Assembly: GCA_016278505.1 (NCBI GenBank)
Contig: JADQBQ010000018.1
Location: 4,002-68,001, forward strand
Length of the DNA stretch: 64,000 nt
Source of the DNA: Clostridiales bacterium
Lineage (GTDB): Bacteria; Bacillota; Desulfotomaculia; Desulfotomaculales; VENG01
Reading direction: 5' to 3'
Positions 26,750 to 36,488 of this stretch are shown in pieces. Within the stretch, counting starts at the first letter, position 1. Each line of letters opens with the position of its first letter. The notes beneath the pieces were generated by a model that made no database searches, was not told the DNA's origin, and saw nothing but the letters and a program-made list of their open reading frames with translations. The position numbers and the translations under genes are program-made.

Positions 26750-29398
26750 TTAGTCTTTGTTGTTAACGGCGGCCTGGGCAGCGGATAACCGGGCAATGGG
26801 AACCCTAAAGGGTGAACAGCTTACGTAATCCAGTCCTATTAAGTGGCAAAACTCAATTGAACTGGGTTCACCACCATGTTCTCCACATATACCGATAAGC
26901 ATATCCGCATCAAATTGCCGGCTTTCTTGCACGGTCATTTTCATGAGCCGGCCTACCCCATCGCGATCAAGTACCACAAAGGGGTTTTCCTTTAATATCT
27001 TTCTGTCTACATATTCGTGCAGAAATTTTCCTTCAGCGTCATCCCTGCTAAATCCGAATGTAGTTTGAGTAAGGTCGTTGGTGCCGAAAGAGAAAAAGTC
27101 AGCTTCCGGAGCAATTTCTCCGGCCATCAGAGCTGCCCTTGGCACCTCTATCATGGTACCCACTGTATATGCAAAAACAGTTTCTGTTTCTTTGGCGACT
27201 TGTTTAGCTATATCATCTACCATTCCCCGCAAGGTTTTTAGCTCATTAACTTCACCCACCAGGGGAATCTCCACTTCAGGAATCACTTTAACGCCCTCTT
27301 TGATCAGCTTGGCAGTTGCCTGAAATACCGCCCTGGCCTGCATGGCATATATATCAGGGAAAGTTATACCCAGGCGGCAACCACGATGCCCCAGCATGGG
27401 GTTGAACTCGGTAAGCTGTCTGACCTGCTTTAGTAACTCCTGTTTTTCTTTAAGTTTTGCCGAATTACTACCGGTCAGGCGCAATTCAGTTATTTCTACC
27501 AAAAGGTCTTCAGCATTAGGCAAAAATTCGTGTAGAGGGGGATCGAGAAGCCTAATGGTCACAGGCAGGCCTTCCATGGCCTTTAAAATACCGTAAAAAT
27601 CATCTTCCTGCATGGGCAAGAGTTTATTAAGGGCCTCCTGACGCTTTTCCTCGCTGCCCGCTAAAATCATCCTTTGTACAATGGGCAAGCGGTCTTGAGC
27701 CATAAACATATGCTCTGTACGGCAAAGTCCAATCCCTTCCGCTCCAAATTCCCGGGCCTTTGCTGCATCTGCCGGAGTATCGGCGTTAGCCCTGACCCCT
27801 AATTTTCTAACGTCATCCGCCCAATCCAATAGCTGCTGAAATTCAGGGCTCAGCTCGGGATCCAACATTGGTACGTCCCCGATAATAACCTGTCCTGCAG
27901 AGCCGTCAATAGATATCAGGTCACCTTTCTTAATCACCCTATCTCCCACCATGAAAGTGTCCGCCTCGTAATCTATACGCAAAGCTTCACAACCGCATAC
28001 ACACGGCTTACCCATTCCCCGGGCAACCACTGCGGCGTGACTGGTCATTCCTCCCCGTGAGGTGAGCACACCCTGGGCGGCAATAATCCCATGAATATCA
28101 TCAGGAGTTGTTTCAGTACGAACCAGTATTACCTTTTCCCCTTGCTGCGTTATTTTCTCGGCCTCATCAGCATCAAATACCACCTTCCCGCCTGCAGATC
28201 CAGGAGAAGCAGGAAGTCCTTTAGCAATAACTTCCAAGGCCGCATCCGGATCTATGCGCCTGTGCAAAAGGTGATCCAGATGAGACGGCTCTACCCTGTT
28301 GATGGCTTCTTGCCTGGTAATTAACTCTGCATTCACCATATCAACAGCAATTTTTAAAGCTGCTTGCGCCGTCCGCTTTCCTGTTCTGGTCTGAAGTATG
28401 TATAGTTTGCCGCGTTCGATGGTAAATTCAATATCCTGCATATTGCGATAATGGTTTTCCAATAAGTTACACGTACTCACAAACTGTCCGTAAACAGCCG
28501 GCAAATCATCCTTCATGGTAGCGATTGGCTGCGGTGTCCTAATGCCGGCAACTACGTCTTCTCCCTGTGCATTGATGAGGTACTCACCATAAAGTATATT
28601 TTCTCCTGTTGACGGGTTGCGGGTAAATGCCACTCCTGTGCCACAGTCATCACCCAAATTACCAAATACCATGGTCTGAACGTTTACTGCCGTACCCAGT
28701 TCATCCGGGATTTTATTAACTTTGCGGTAAACCACGGCCCGGTCTGTATTCCAAGAATTAAATACTGCAAAAATAGCATTAAACAACTGTTCCATGGGCT
28801 CTTCAGGAAATGGCTTCCCGGTTTCTTTTTTAATTAACTGCTTATAGTCTTTGATTACCTCTTTCCACTGTTCAGCTGTCAATTGATTATCAAATTCAAC
28901 GCCACACTGGTGTTTTTTATCTTCCAGGTACCGCTCAAACTTATGATGCTCAATTCCCAGCACCACATCACCGAACATGTTAAGAAAACGCCGGTAACAA
29001 TCCATGGCAAAACGCTCATCACCTGATGCCGCGGCCAATCCCTGTACAGTGTCATCGTTTAATCCCAAATTTAAAACTGTATCCATCATGCCGGGCATTG
29101 AAATGGGCGCTCCGGAACGAACACTCACCAAGAGAGGGTTACTGGGATCGCCAAATTTTTTCCCTGTTTTCTTCTCAAGATCCTGCATCTTTTCCCTTAC
29201 CTGCTCCTTCATGCCGGCAGGAAACTGCCTTTCATGGACATAAAACTCGTTACACGCCTCGGTGGAAATAATCATACCCGGGGGTACAGTTAAACCAATA
29301 TTAGTCATTTCCGCCAAGTTTGCACCCTTTCCGCCCAGAAGGTCCTTCATATCTGCACGACCTTCGCCAAACAGGTATACATATTTCTTACTTGCCAT
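26750..29398 (-). CDS. ppdK: Pyruvate, phosphate dikinase
   Basis: MASKKYVYLFGEGRADMKDLLGGKGANLAEM N-terminus. Catalytic His region GGMTSHAAVVARGMG. ATG 29398 after GGGGGGAAAGGC. The ORF-track start at 29470 is an upstream extension. Confidence 0.95.
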   Translation of the reverse strand: MASKKYVYLFGEGRADMKDLLGGKGANLAEMTNIGLTVPPGMIISTEACNEFYVHERQFPAGMKEQVREKMQDLEKKTGKKFGDPSNPLLVSVRSGAPISMPGMMDTVLNLGLNDDTVQGLAAASGDERFAMDCYRRFLNMFGDVVLGIEHHKFERYLEDKKHQCGVEFDNQLTAEQWKEVIKDYKQLIKKETGKPFPEEPMEQLFNAIFAVFNSWNTDRAVVYRKVNKIPDELGTAVNVQTMVFGNLGDDCGTGVAFTRNPSTGENILYGEYLINAQGEDVVAGIRTPQPIATMKDDLPAVYGQFVSTCNLLENHYRNMQDIEFTIERGKLYILQTRTGKRTAQAALKIAVDMVNAELITRQEAINRVEPSHLDHLLHRRIDPDAALEVIAKGLPASPGSAGGKVVFDADEAEKITQQGEKVILVRTETTPDDIHGIIAAQGVLTSRGGMTSHAAVVARGMGKPCVCGCEALRIDYEADTFMVGDRVIKKGDLISIDGSAGQVIIGDVPMLDPELSPEFQQLLDWADDVRKLGVRANADTPADAAKAREFGAEGIGLCRTEHMFMAQDRLPIVQRMILAGSEEKRQEALNKLLPMQEDDFYGILKAMEGLPVTIRLLDPPLHEFLPNAEDLLVEITELRLTGSNSAKLKEKQELLKQVRQLTEFNPMLGHRGCRLGITFPDIYAMQARAVFQATAKLIKEGVKVIPEVEIPLVGEVNELKTLRGMVDDIAKQVAKETETVFAYTVGTMIEVPRAALMAGEIAPEADFFSFGTNDLTQTTFGFSRDDAEGKFLHEYVDRKILKENPFVVLDRDGVGRLMKMTVQESRQFDADMLIGICGEHGGEPSSIEFCHLIGLDYVSCSPFRVPIARLSAAQAAVNNKD

Positions 29399-30263
29399 GC
29401 CTTTCCCCCCTGTAATATATTTCCAATACCCTGCTCGCCGTCTCTTCAACTGCCTTATTACTGACGTCAATTATGGAACAACCGGCCCTTTTCATGATAT
29501 TTTCCGCGTATTCAAGCTCACGTAATATCCTTTCCATACTGGCATAGTCCGCGTTTGATGTTAACCCTAAGGTTTTAAGCCGCTCCCGCCGGATTTCATT
29601 TAAAAGTTGGGGCCGTATTGTTAGACCGATAAGCTTATGCGGATTTAAACTGAAAACTTCTTCCGGCGGTGCCACTTCAGGCACCAGCGGCACATTAGCG
29701 GCCTTTATTTTTTTATGCGCCATATACATGCAAAGGGGGGTCTTAGAAGTACGACTAACCCCAATAATAACAAGATCAGCCTTTAAGATTCCTCGCGGAT
29801 CTTTCCCGTCGTCATATTTAACGGCAAATTCAATGGCTTCAACCTTGCGAAAATACTCTCTGTCCATTTTACGAACTAAGCCCGGCTCGCGTTTTGGTTG
29901 CTTTCCCTGCAGTGTGGTAAGTGCGTCCAGCATTGCACTCATAATGTCTACTGTAATAATGTTATGTTGTTTAGCTTCCCGCATCACTGCTTCTTTTAAT
30001 TCAGGTAACACCAGAGTATAAGCAATCATCCCGTGATTTTCTATTACCTCTTGCATAATCTCAGGGATTTCCTGCGGGTCATTTACGTACGGTACCTGCC
30101 TGATTTCAACACTGCCACCGTTAAACTGGCTGGCTGCTGCCCGTGCTACGAGTTCTGCCGTCTCCCCGACGGAGTCGGAAAGTATGTAAACAATCGGTAC
30201 CGAATTCTTTTCCCCTGTGGAAATGGGAATCCCCTCCTTAATCTTTGCCTTCTCCAAGTTCAA
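29388..30263 (-). CDS. Pyruvate phosphate dikinase regulatory protein (PDRP, kinase/pyrophosphorylase, YqfL-like)
   Basis: IVYILSDSVGETAE and GVSRTSKTP (P-loop) motifs. The 3' end overlaps the ppdK start by 11 nt. The start is uncertain: either TTG 30263, or a non-canonical codon after the TAAGGAGGGG that overlaps the ccpN stop. Confidence 0.85.
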   Translation of the reverse strand: MNLEKAKIKEGIPISTGEKNSVPIVYILSDSVGETAELVARAAASQFNGGSVEIRQVPYVNDPQEIPEIMQEVIENHGMIAYTLVLPELKEAVMREAKQHNIITVDIMSAMLDALTTLQGKQPKREPGLVRKMDREYFRKVEAIEFAVKYDDGKDPRGILKADLVIIGVSRTSKTPLCMYMAHKKIKAANVPLVPEVAPPEEVFSLNPHKLIGLTIRPQLLNEIRRERLKTLGLTSNADYASMERILRELEYAENIMKRAGCSIIDVSNKAVEETASRVLEIYYRGERHGK

Positions 30264-30894
30264 CGAACAATCTTGTTATATTGGTTTTACTTACTTTGCC
30301 TACAATTTCAAAGCCTTCAAGATCATTTTCGCTTTCCCCGTTATGTTTGCCTACCGGGGATACTACCGGAAGGGCATCAATCTCGTGGGTAATAATCTTT
30401 TGGGCTGCAGACCACACGGATTCGTCGGGAGTTATAGTGATTACATTAGGCATTCTGGTCATAACTACTCCCACAGGAAGCTTTTGAATATCCTGCCCGC
30501 CCAGAGTAATCTTTAACATGTCTTTACGGGACAGTACTCCCTCTAAAAATCCCCTTTCCTTTACCACAAAAAGTGAACCCACATCCTCAATAAACATGGT
30601 CACGACAGCATCATAAACCGTACACTGCTCAGGCACAACCACCGGCACCGATTTTATTTCGGCAACCTTTATTTTATGCAGCTTATCACCCAAAACCCGG
30701 GCCGGGGACTTTCCACTGTAAAAATAACCCACCCGTGGTCTTGCTTCCAAAAGGCCGGACATGGTCAAAATAGCCATGTCCGGCCTTAAAGTTGCTCTTG
30801 TCAAATTTAGCCTGTCAGCAATTTGCTCACCGGTAATGGGCCCGTCACTCTTTACTATCTCCATAATTATTTCCTGCCGTTTGGAAAGTTCCAA
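30238..30894 (-). CDS. ccpN: Transcriptional repressor CcpN (HTH plus CBS pair)
   Basis: Near-colinear with B. subtilis CcpN from memory (NLTRATLRPDMAILTMSGLLEARPRVGYFY, IDALPVV). Followed by the PDRP gene as in Bacillus. Confidence 0.85.
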   Translation of the reverse strand: MELSKRQEIIMEIVKSDGPITGEQIADRLNLTRATLRPDMAILTMSGLLEARPRVGYFYSGKSPARVLGDKLHKIKVAEIKSVPVVVPEQCTVYDAVVTMFIEDVGSLFVVKERGFLEGVLSRKDMLKITLGGQDIQKLPVGVVMTRMPNVITITPDESVWSAAQKIITHEIDALPVVSPVGKHNGESENDLEGFEIVGKVSKTNITRLFVELGEGKD

Positions 30895-31066
30895 AATTAT
30901 CTCCCCTTATAGAGAGCAAATATGTCATACTAATTAAGTACTAACTATTAATTAATATATATTATATGTCTACATTAAATTCCCTTCTTAGTTTAATAAA
31001 AATTTCTTTACCTTTTTTACCTAATTTGTATGCCTCATTTACCGTACAGCCTCCATATATCTATTT

Positions 31067-33154
31067 TTACGTTTCACGCTCTACTACTATTTTACTAAAG
31101 TCAGCCACTGAACTAATAAAACGAGCAATGTTTTTTAGCATTATGAGGCGGTTTTCCCTGATCTGCGCATCATCCACCATCACCATTACCTGTTCAAAAA
31201 ATTCATTCACCGGCTCCTGCAGGCGGGCAATGTTGTTGAGTGCCTCTTGGTAATCACGCGCCCTGATTAAAGGGCGTACTTTGTCCTGCAAGGCGGTAAA
31301 AGCATGATAAAGCTTTTTCTCTGCTTCATCCTGTAAAAGGCTGGTATCCACATCCGAAACCTGGGTCTTTTTACTCAAATTAGAGGCCCTGGTAAAGGCG
31401 GTAAACAGTGCTTCAAATGCAGGCTCTGTTCTAAATTGTTCCACCGCCCGTCCCCTCATATATACATCCGCTATGTCATCAAATCCGCTGACCAGTATGG
31501 CCTCAACAGTATCGTAGTTAAGTCCCCATTCTCCTAATAGGCCACGCAGACGCTGGCGAACAAATTCCTGCAGGTTGGCCCAAACCTCTTCTTCACTGTG
31601 CTCAAGCTGTACGGTTTTACTCAGGCCTTCATAAGCATGGTGCACTATCGCTTTGATGGAGAGCCCGGGACCATATTCCAGAATAATGTGGCATATTCCC
31701 AATGCCTGCCTGCGCAAAGCATACGGATCCTGAGATCCGGTAGGCTGGATACCAATAGCAAAGCACCCCACCAGAGTATCCATTTTATCTGCTATGCTCA
31801 AAGCTTTACCGGGCAGAGAAGCGGGTAATTCATCGCCGGCATGCCGGGGTAAATAGTGCTCAAAAATTGCCCTGGCCACATCAGGTTTTTCTCCCTGGCG
31901 CAGCGCGTATTCACGGCCCATGATCCCCTGCAGCTCAGGGAATTCATAAACCATATTGGTTACTAAGTCAGCTTTAGCCAACAATGCAGCACGGTGGGTG
32001 ACAGAGACAGCCTGTTCGTCACCTTGTAATGATTTAATCAGGTAGCCGGAAAGCTGTGCAATACGCTCCACCTTTTGGTACATAGTACCCAGTGCTTCTT
32101 GAAAGACTACCTTCTTTAAATGTTCCACACGTGCGGCTAAGGTTTCTCTCAAGTCCTCCTGCCAGAAAAAGGCAGCATCTTCCAGGCGGGCTTTGAGAAC
32201 CTTTTCGTTTCCAGCCCGTACAACATCGATATGTTCTGCACCGCCGTTACGAACGGCAATGAAACGGGCCATTAATTTTCCTTGGTTATCCTGTACCGGG
32301 AAATAGCGCTGGTGCTCCTTCATTGGTGTTATGAGCACCTCCGGCGGCAGTTCCAAATAACTGGCATCAAAACTTCCCATCAAAGCTGTAGGGAATTCCA
32401 CCAGATTAGTCACCTCATCAAGTAAATCCTCATCCTTAAGAACGGCACCCCCGGCCTCCCGTGCAAGCTTTTCGATCTGTTGTCTTATTCTTTCTTTTCT
32501 TTCACCGGGCTCGGCAAGCACGTAAGCTTCCTCCATTTTGGCCAGGTAATCCGCGGGTCTTTCTATTGTCACCGGACCCTCACTCATGAAACGGTGCCCG
32601 TATGTATTCCGGTCACTCTTTTGCCCTGCCAGTTCAAAGGGAATCACCCGGTCACCCCAAAGCGCCAATAGCCAACGTATGGGGCGGGCAAAGCGAAATT
32701 CCATACTGCCCCAGCGCATTGGCTTGGGGAAATGCAGCCCGGATATAAGAGCGGGAGCTATTTTAGCCAGCAGTTCCTCTGTAGGCCTGCCTTCTTCCTG
32801 CTTAACTGCAAAAACATAGTCCACATGGCCCAAGGGTTTGGTAATTAAATCTGCCAATGTGACACCCTGGCTTTTGGCAAACCCTTCAGCAGCCCTGGTG
32901 GGCTGTCCGTCCTTAAAGGCCACTTTTACTGCCGGACCCTTCACTTCCTCCTGCAGAGACTCCTGCTTTTCAGCCAATCCCCGTACAAAAAGAGTTAAGC
33001 GGCGAGGTGTACCCATGGTATGCACTTCTTCAAAATTGAGCCTATGTTCCGCAAAACTGGATTTTGCCAAGCTTTTTAACTGGTTGAGGGCCGGGAAGAG
33101 AAACCTGGCCGGCATTTCCTCTATCCCAATCTCCAAAAGAAAATCCCTTGCCAT
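31067..33154 (-). CDS. glyS: Glycine--tRNA ligase beta subunit
   Basis: 695 aa. MARDFLLEIGIEEMPARF N-terminus. Directly follows glyQ. Confidence 0.95.
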   Translation of the reverse strand: MARDFLLEIGIEEMPARFLFPALNQLKSLAKSSFAEHRLNFEEVHTMGTPRRLTLFVRGLAEKQESLQEEVKGPAVKVAFKDGQPTRAAEGFAKSQGVTLADLITKPLGHVDYVFAVKQEEGRPTEELLAKIAPALISGLHFPKPMRWGSMEFRFARPIRWLLALWGDRVIPFELAGQKSDRNTYGHRFMSEGPVTIERPADYLAKMEEAYVLAEPGERKERIRQQIEKLAREAGGAVLKDEDLLDEVTNLVEFPTALMGSFDASYLELPPEVLITPMKEHQRYFPVQDNQGKLMARFIAVRNGGAEHIDVVRAGNEKVLKARLEDAAFFWQEDLRETLAARVEHLKKVVFQEALGTMYQKVERIAQLSGYLIKSLQGDEQAVSVTHRAALLAKADLVTNMVYEFPELQGIMGREYALRQGEKPDVARAIFEHYLPRHAGDELPASLPGKALSIADKMDTLVGCFAIGIQPTGSQDPYALRRQALGICHIILEYGPGLSIKAIVHHAYEGLSKTVQLEHSEEEVWANLQEFVRQRLRGLLGEWGLNYDTVEAILVSGFDDIADVYMRGRAVEQFRTEPAFEALFTAFTRASNLSKKTQVSDVDTSLLQDEAEKKLYHAFTALQDKVRPLIRARDYQEALNNIARLQEPVNEFFEQVMVMVDDAQIRENRLIMLKNIARFISSVADFSKIVVERET

Positions 33155-34033
33155 TTACGCCCCCTCCTTTCTTAATAAAGGATAACCCAATTCTTCTCTC
33201 TGCTTCACATATGCCTGGGCACAAACCCGGGCCAGGTTACGTACCCGCCCAATATAGCCGGTCCTTTCAGTTACACTGATGGCGCCTCTAGCATCTAAAA
33301 GATTGAAGGTGTGAGAACACTTCAGCACGTAATCGTAGGCAGGAAGAACTAACCCCTTCTCCACAATACGCAAGGCCTCCCCCTCATACATATCAAATGC
33401 CTTAAACAGCATATCTGTATCAGCCTGCTCAAAGTTATAATGAGAGTGCTCTATTTCTCCTTGGTGATGAACATCACCGTAGGTTATGTCACCAACCCAC
33501 TCTATGTCAAAAACATTGTCTTTTTCTTGGATATACATGGCCAACCGCTCTAAACCATAAGTTATTTCAGCACTTACAGGGTGACAGTCAATGCCACCAC
33601 ACTGCTGGAAGTAAGTGAACTGAGTTATTTCCATACCGTCAAGCCATACTTCCCATCCCAACCCCCAGGCACCAAGAGTGGGAGACTCCCAGTTATCTTC
33701 TACAAACCTAATGTCATGAACTTCCGGGTCAATGCCAATGGCACGCAGACTATCCAAGTAAATTTCTACCACGTCAATTGGTGAGGGCTTCAGTATTACC
33801 TGGTATTGGTAATAATGTTGCAGGCGGTTTGGGTTTTCACCGTAACGCCCATCGGTGGGTCTGCGGGAAGGTTCTACATAAGCCACTCTCCATGGCTCTG
33901 GTCCCAGCGCACGTAATACGGTGGCCGGATTCATTGTTCCCGCCCCCTTTTCTATGTCATAGGGCTGCTGGATGATACAATCTTGCTTGGCCCAGAAGCT
34001 ATTTAAGGCCTGGATCAAATCTTGGAAATTCAT
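33155..34033 (-). CDS. glyQ: Glycine--tRNA ligase alpha subunit
   Basis: [26 protein letters not shown]... ATG 34033 lies 7 nt after GGGGG. The ORF-track start at 34072 is an extension. Confidence 0.95.
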   Translation of the reverse strand: MNFQDLIQALNSFWAKQDCIIQQPYDIEKGAGTMNPATVLRALGPEPWRVAYVEPSRRPTDGRYGENPNRLQHYYQYQVILKPSPIDVVEIYLDSLRAIGIDPEVHDIRFVEDNWESPTLGAWGLGWEVWLDGMEITQFTYFQQCGGIDCHPVSAEITYGLERLAMYIQEKDNVFDIEWVGDITYGDVHHQGEIEHSHYNFEQADTDMLFKAFDMYEGEALRIVEKGLVLPAYDYVLKCSHTFNLLDARGAISVTERTGYIGRVRNLARVCAQAYVKQREELGYPLLRKEGA

Positions 34034-34077
34034 CTTCATACCCCCTTTAATGATACATCCCTCCAAACACAACTAAC

Positions 34078-34313
34078 CTCCCGCCCCAGGCACAAAGCCA
34101 GGGACGGGAGGTACTTTCCCGCGGTTCCACCCTGTTTGGCAGTAATATTACCGCCCCCTTAAGCAGTGCAAGTTTTACTCATCGCTTCATGAGGTGATTC
34201 GAAACGATTTTCCTCTTGCGGTTCAGGAACCCCTTTCAGCCGGTTTCACTCACCGGTTTCCACCATCCCGGCTCTCTGAAGAATTACATCCGCCTACTCT
34301 TTCCATCATCACC
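34078..34313 (-). promoter_or_regulatory. T-box leader of glyQS with putative GGA (Gly) specifier and terminator/antiterminator
   Basis: Minus strand: Stem I base GGTGAT/ATCACC with a GA (K-turn) motif, an AGAGAG bulge and a GGTGGAAA distal loop. Specifier-loop 3' side is AAGA-GGA-A (GGA = plus 34211-34213). T-box sequence AAACAGGGTGGAACCGCGGGAAAG. Terminator CCCGTCCCTGG...CCTGGGGCGGG. Confidence 0.8.
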
Positions 34314-34398
34314 AAAGTATTATTTGCGATTAATTTACCAAATTTACGTTGTAAAGTCAAATACCCTTTTACCTTAATCATCAGCTATCGTTGGTAAT

Positions 34399-34851
34399 CT
34401 AACCAATATTACGTGGGTCAAATTGTGTGTTATCTTTAGCATCTTCGTCCTGGCCGACATTACCATCTTTATCGATTTCCAGGCTGTATTTTCTTGTCAT
34501 AGCAACCACCCCGCCCAAAGCGCCCAACAGCGCCAGTTCGCTACTCACCGCAACACCGACTAGCCCCAGCGCACCGACTGTGGCCGGAACTTCAAAAACT
34601 GTACGGTCATCCTTTTTCACCTTAATCTTCGTTTCCTGTCCCTGGTTCCACAAGCCTTTCACTCTCTTAAACATCTCTTCCCTCGTTCCCCTCATTTTAC
34701 CGCAGCAGTGACTATTTCCTTCTTCCATGTTTATTATTGCTTGTACCACATCTCCCCCGGCGTCATCCAGGGCCTGTTTCGCCTCATTGTAACTCACACC
34801 GGTTCTGGCCCGAATTATATCAATTTTTTCTAAATCACTGGCCACAGACAA
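34399..34851 (-). CDS. DUF4342 protein with N-terminal UBA/EF-Ts-N-like domain
   Basis: IIRARTGVSYNEAKQALDDAGGDVVQAII followed by a Gly/Ala-rich hydrophobic segment. Confidence 0.6.
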   Translation of the reverse strand: MSVASDLEKIDIIRARTGVSYNEAKQALDDAGGDVVQAIINMEEGNSHCCGKMRGTREEMFKRVKGLWNQGQETKIKVKKDDRTVFEVPATVGALGLVGVAVSSELALLGALGGVVAMTRKYSLEIDKDGNVGQDEDAKDNTQFDPRNIG

Positions 34852-34930
34852 TCCCTCCTTAAGTAACTTATTTTATGCTTATTTTATTTAACCCTTACAG
34901 GTTAAATTTTATGCAAGTTTGTTTTATTGA

Positions 34931-35686
34931 CTAATAATGATAGTATAGTTTTTCTAAAAAAAGTGCCGTCGCCAATTTTTTTTCCAGGTGATAACTTATA
35001 TAGTTCTGCATTATCTGCCTTAACTGCTGCCGTACACGGGGAGACACTTTTATACGTTCCGTCTTTTTAAGGTCCCACTTTAGCAGCAATTTTAAGATTT
35101 CTACCGTGCCTCGCGGAAAAAACTTTACATCTCCGGCAATACCGGAACACCGTCCGCACACCACACCTCCGGTGCTGCTGCTAAACCCTACGGTTTCTGA
35201 CTCCACCGGCACCCCACAACCCACGCAATTATCAAGATGAGGTCTAAGGCCGGCAATATCCAACAGTCGTATTTCAAACGATCGGGTTAAGAGTTCCACG
35301 TCTGCCCCGTCCCGGGAAATTAAGTGTAGGATTGTTAATAAAAGAAAAAATGCTTCACCGTTTATCTGGTCTTCCATGGAGGCATAATCAGTTAATTCGG
35401 CCAGATAGCTGGCATAAGAAATCCTATCCAAATCAGCACGCAAACCTGAAAAGGCCTCTATTCCTTCACACTGGTTGACCGAATCTAACTCTCTACCACG
35501 GTAGAGAAGAAAAGAAGAATAACAAAAAGGCTGTACTGCACCTCTTTTTCGGCTCGAAGGTTTATTCACACCGTGAGCCACTGCCTTTATTTTACCCTTT
35601 TGGCGGGATAATAAAGTTAGAATACGGTCAGCATCACGCATCTCCCGTGACCTCAACACTATGGCGTCCACTTTATATAATTTCAC
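34931..35686 (-). CDS. recO: DNA repair protein RecO
   Basis: 251 aa. OB-fold N-terminus MKLYKVDAIVLRSREMRDADRILTLLS. Zinc motif CVGCG...CGRC. Confidence 0.9.
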   Translation of the reverse strand: MKLYKVDAIVLRSREMRDADRILTLLSRQKGKIKAVAHGVNKPSSRKRGAVQPFCYSSFLLYRGRELDSVNQCEGIEAFSGLRADLDRISYASYLAELTDYASMEDQINGEAFFLLLTILHLISRDGADVELLTRSFEIRLLDIAGLRPHLDNCVGCGVPVESETVGFSSSTGGVVCGRCSGIAGDVKFFPRGTVEILKLLLKWDLKKTERIKVSPRVRQQLRQIMQNYISYHLEKKLATALFLEKLYYHY

Positions 35687-35775
35687 TATGGATATGCCCC
35701 TTCTTGATGTTATACTTTAATTATACTATCTATTATAAAGGTAGTCCGGTGATTTCTTAAAGTGGAGGAACCAAT

Positions 35776-36330
35776 ATGAATATAATTGTTGCTATTACCG
35801 GTGCCAGCGGGTCCATTTACGGCATAAGGCTTTTGGAAGAGCTTTATCGATGCCACATAGAAACCCACCTGGTGTTAAGCCATTGGGCGGAAAAAAATAT
35901 TCTTTTGGAAACAAAATATACCCCGGAGCAAGTGCGCCGGCTGGCCACTCATAACTATGCAGACCGTGCCATGTCTGCGCCCATTGCCAGCGGCTCTTTT
36001 CTTTGCCGGGGTATGATAGTAGCTCCCTGCAGTATGAAGACAATGGCAGCTATTGCTACCGGGCTTGCCGATAACTTAATAGTGAGGGGGGCGGATGTTT
36101 GTATAAAAGAAGGGCGAAAACTGATATTGATGCCACGGGAAACCCCGCTCAATTCCATACACATGGAAAACATGCTAAAACTATCCCGCCTGGGAGTTAC
36201 TATTATGCCGCCTGTACCGGCATTTTACCATCAGCCCGAGACTATTGAAGACATCGTCAACCATACGGTGGGAAGAGTACTGGATGTAATGAACATTGAA
36301 AATGACCTGGTAAAACGTTGGCAGGGGTAA
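35776..36330 (+). CDS. ubiX: UbiX-family flavin prenyltransferase
   Basis: MNIIVAITGASGSIYGIRLLEEL... 184 aa. Confidence 0.85.
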   Translation: MNIIVAITGASGSIYGIRLLEELYRCHIETHLVLSHWAEKNILLETKYTPEQVRRLATHNYADRAMSAPIASGSFLCRGMIVAPCSMKTMAAIATGLADNLIVRGADVCIKEGRKLILMPRETPLNSIHMENMLKLSRLGVTIMPPVPAFYHQPETIEDIVNHTVGRVLDVMNIENDLVKRWQG

Positions 36331-36343
36331 TAAATGTGAAATT

Positions 36344-36394
36344 ATAGGGGACAGTCTACTTTTTCTTATACCGTCAAAAAAGTAGTGTCCCCTA
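36344..36394. terminator. Bidirectional terminator shared by ubiX and mgtE
   Basis: ATAGGGGACAGTCTACTTTTT ... AAAAAGTAGTGTCCCCTAT. Confidence 0.6.
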
Positions 36395-36414
36395 TAAGTT
36401 GTTGATAGAGCGTT

Positions 36415-36475
36415 AACCTGTCTTTTGCGCCCACTCATTCATTTCATCTCGCAGGCCAGGCTAAGGCTCAGTCTC
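36415..36475 (+). repeat. Copy A of the AACCTGTCT-terminus repeat family (61 nt, A/C subtype)
   Basis: AACCTGTCTTTTGCGCCCACTCATTCATTTCATCTCGCAGGCCAGGCTAAGGCTCAGTCTC. Matches 49912-49950 plus 50050-50071 at 58 of 61 positions by hand alignment. Confidence 0.8.
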
Positions 36476-36488
36476 CCTTTTTCTTTTT

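Noticed and set aside
29399-29470. N-terminal extensions offered by the ORF track for ppdK (also glyQ 34072, rpsU 52926, prmA 56489, hrcA 62979, yqfD 46329, yqfC 46607, rsmE 55513)
   Set aside because: Internal starts are preceded by proper Shine-Dalgarno sequences and match the conserved family N-termini. The extensions overlap upstream genes or lack an RBS.
36181-36438. ORFs starting MSGRKRQV (36181..36438 and 49717..49935, both minus)
   Set aside because: The shared N-terminus is simply the translated repeat terminus GCGCAAAAGACAGGTT. The downstream parts are unrelated and overlap real genes or terminators.
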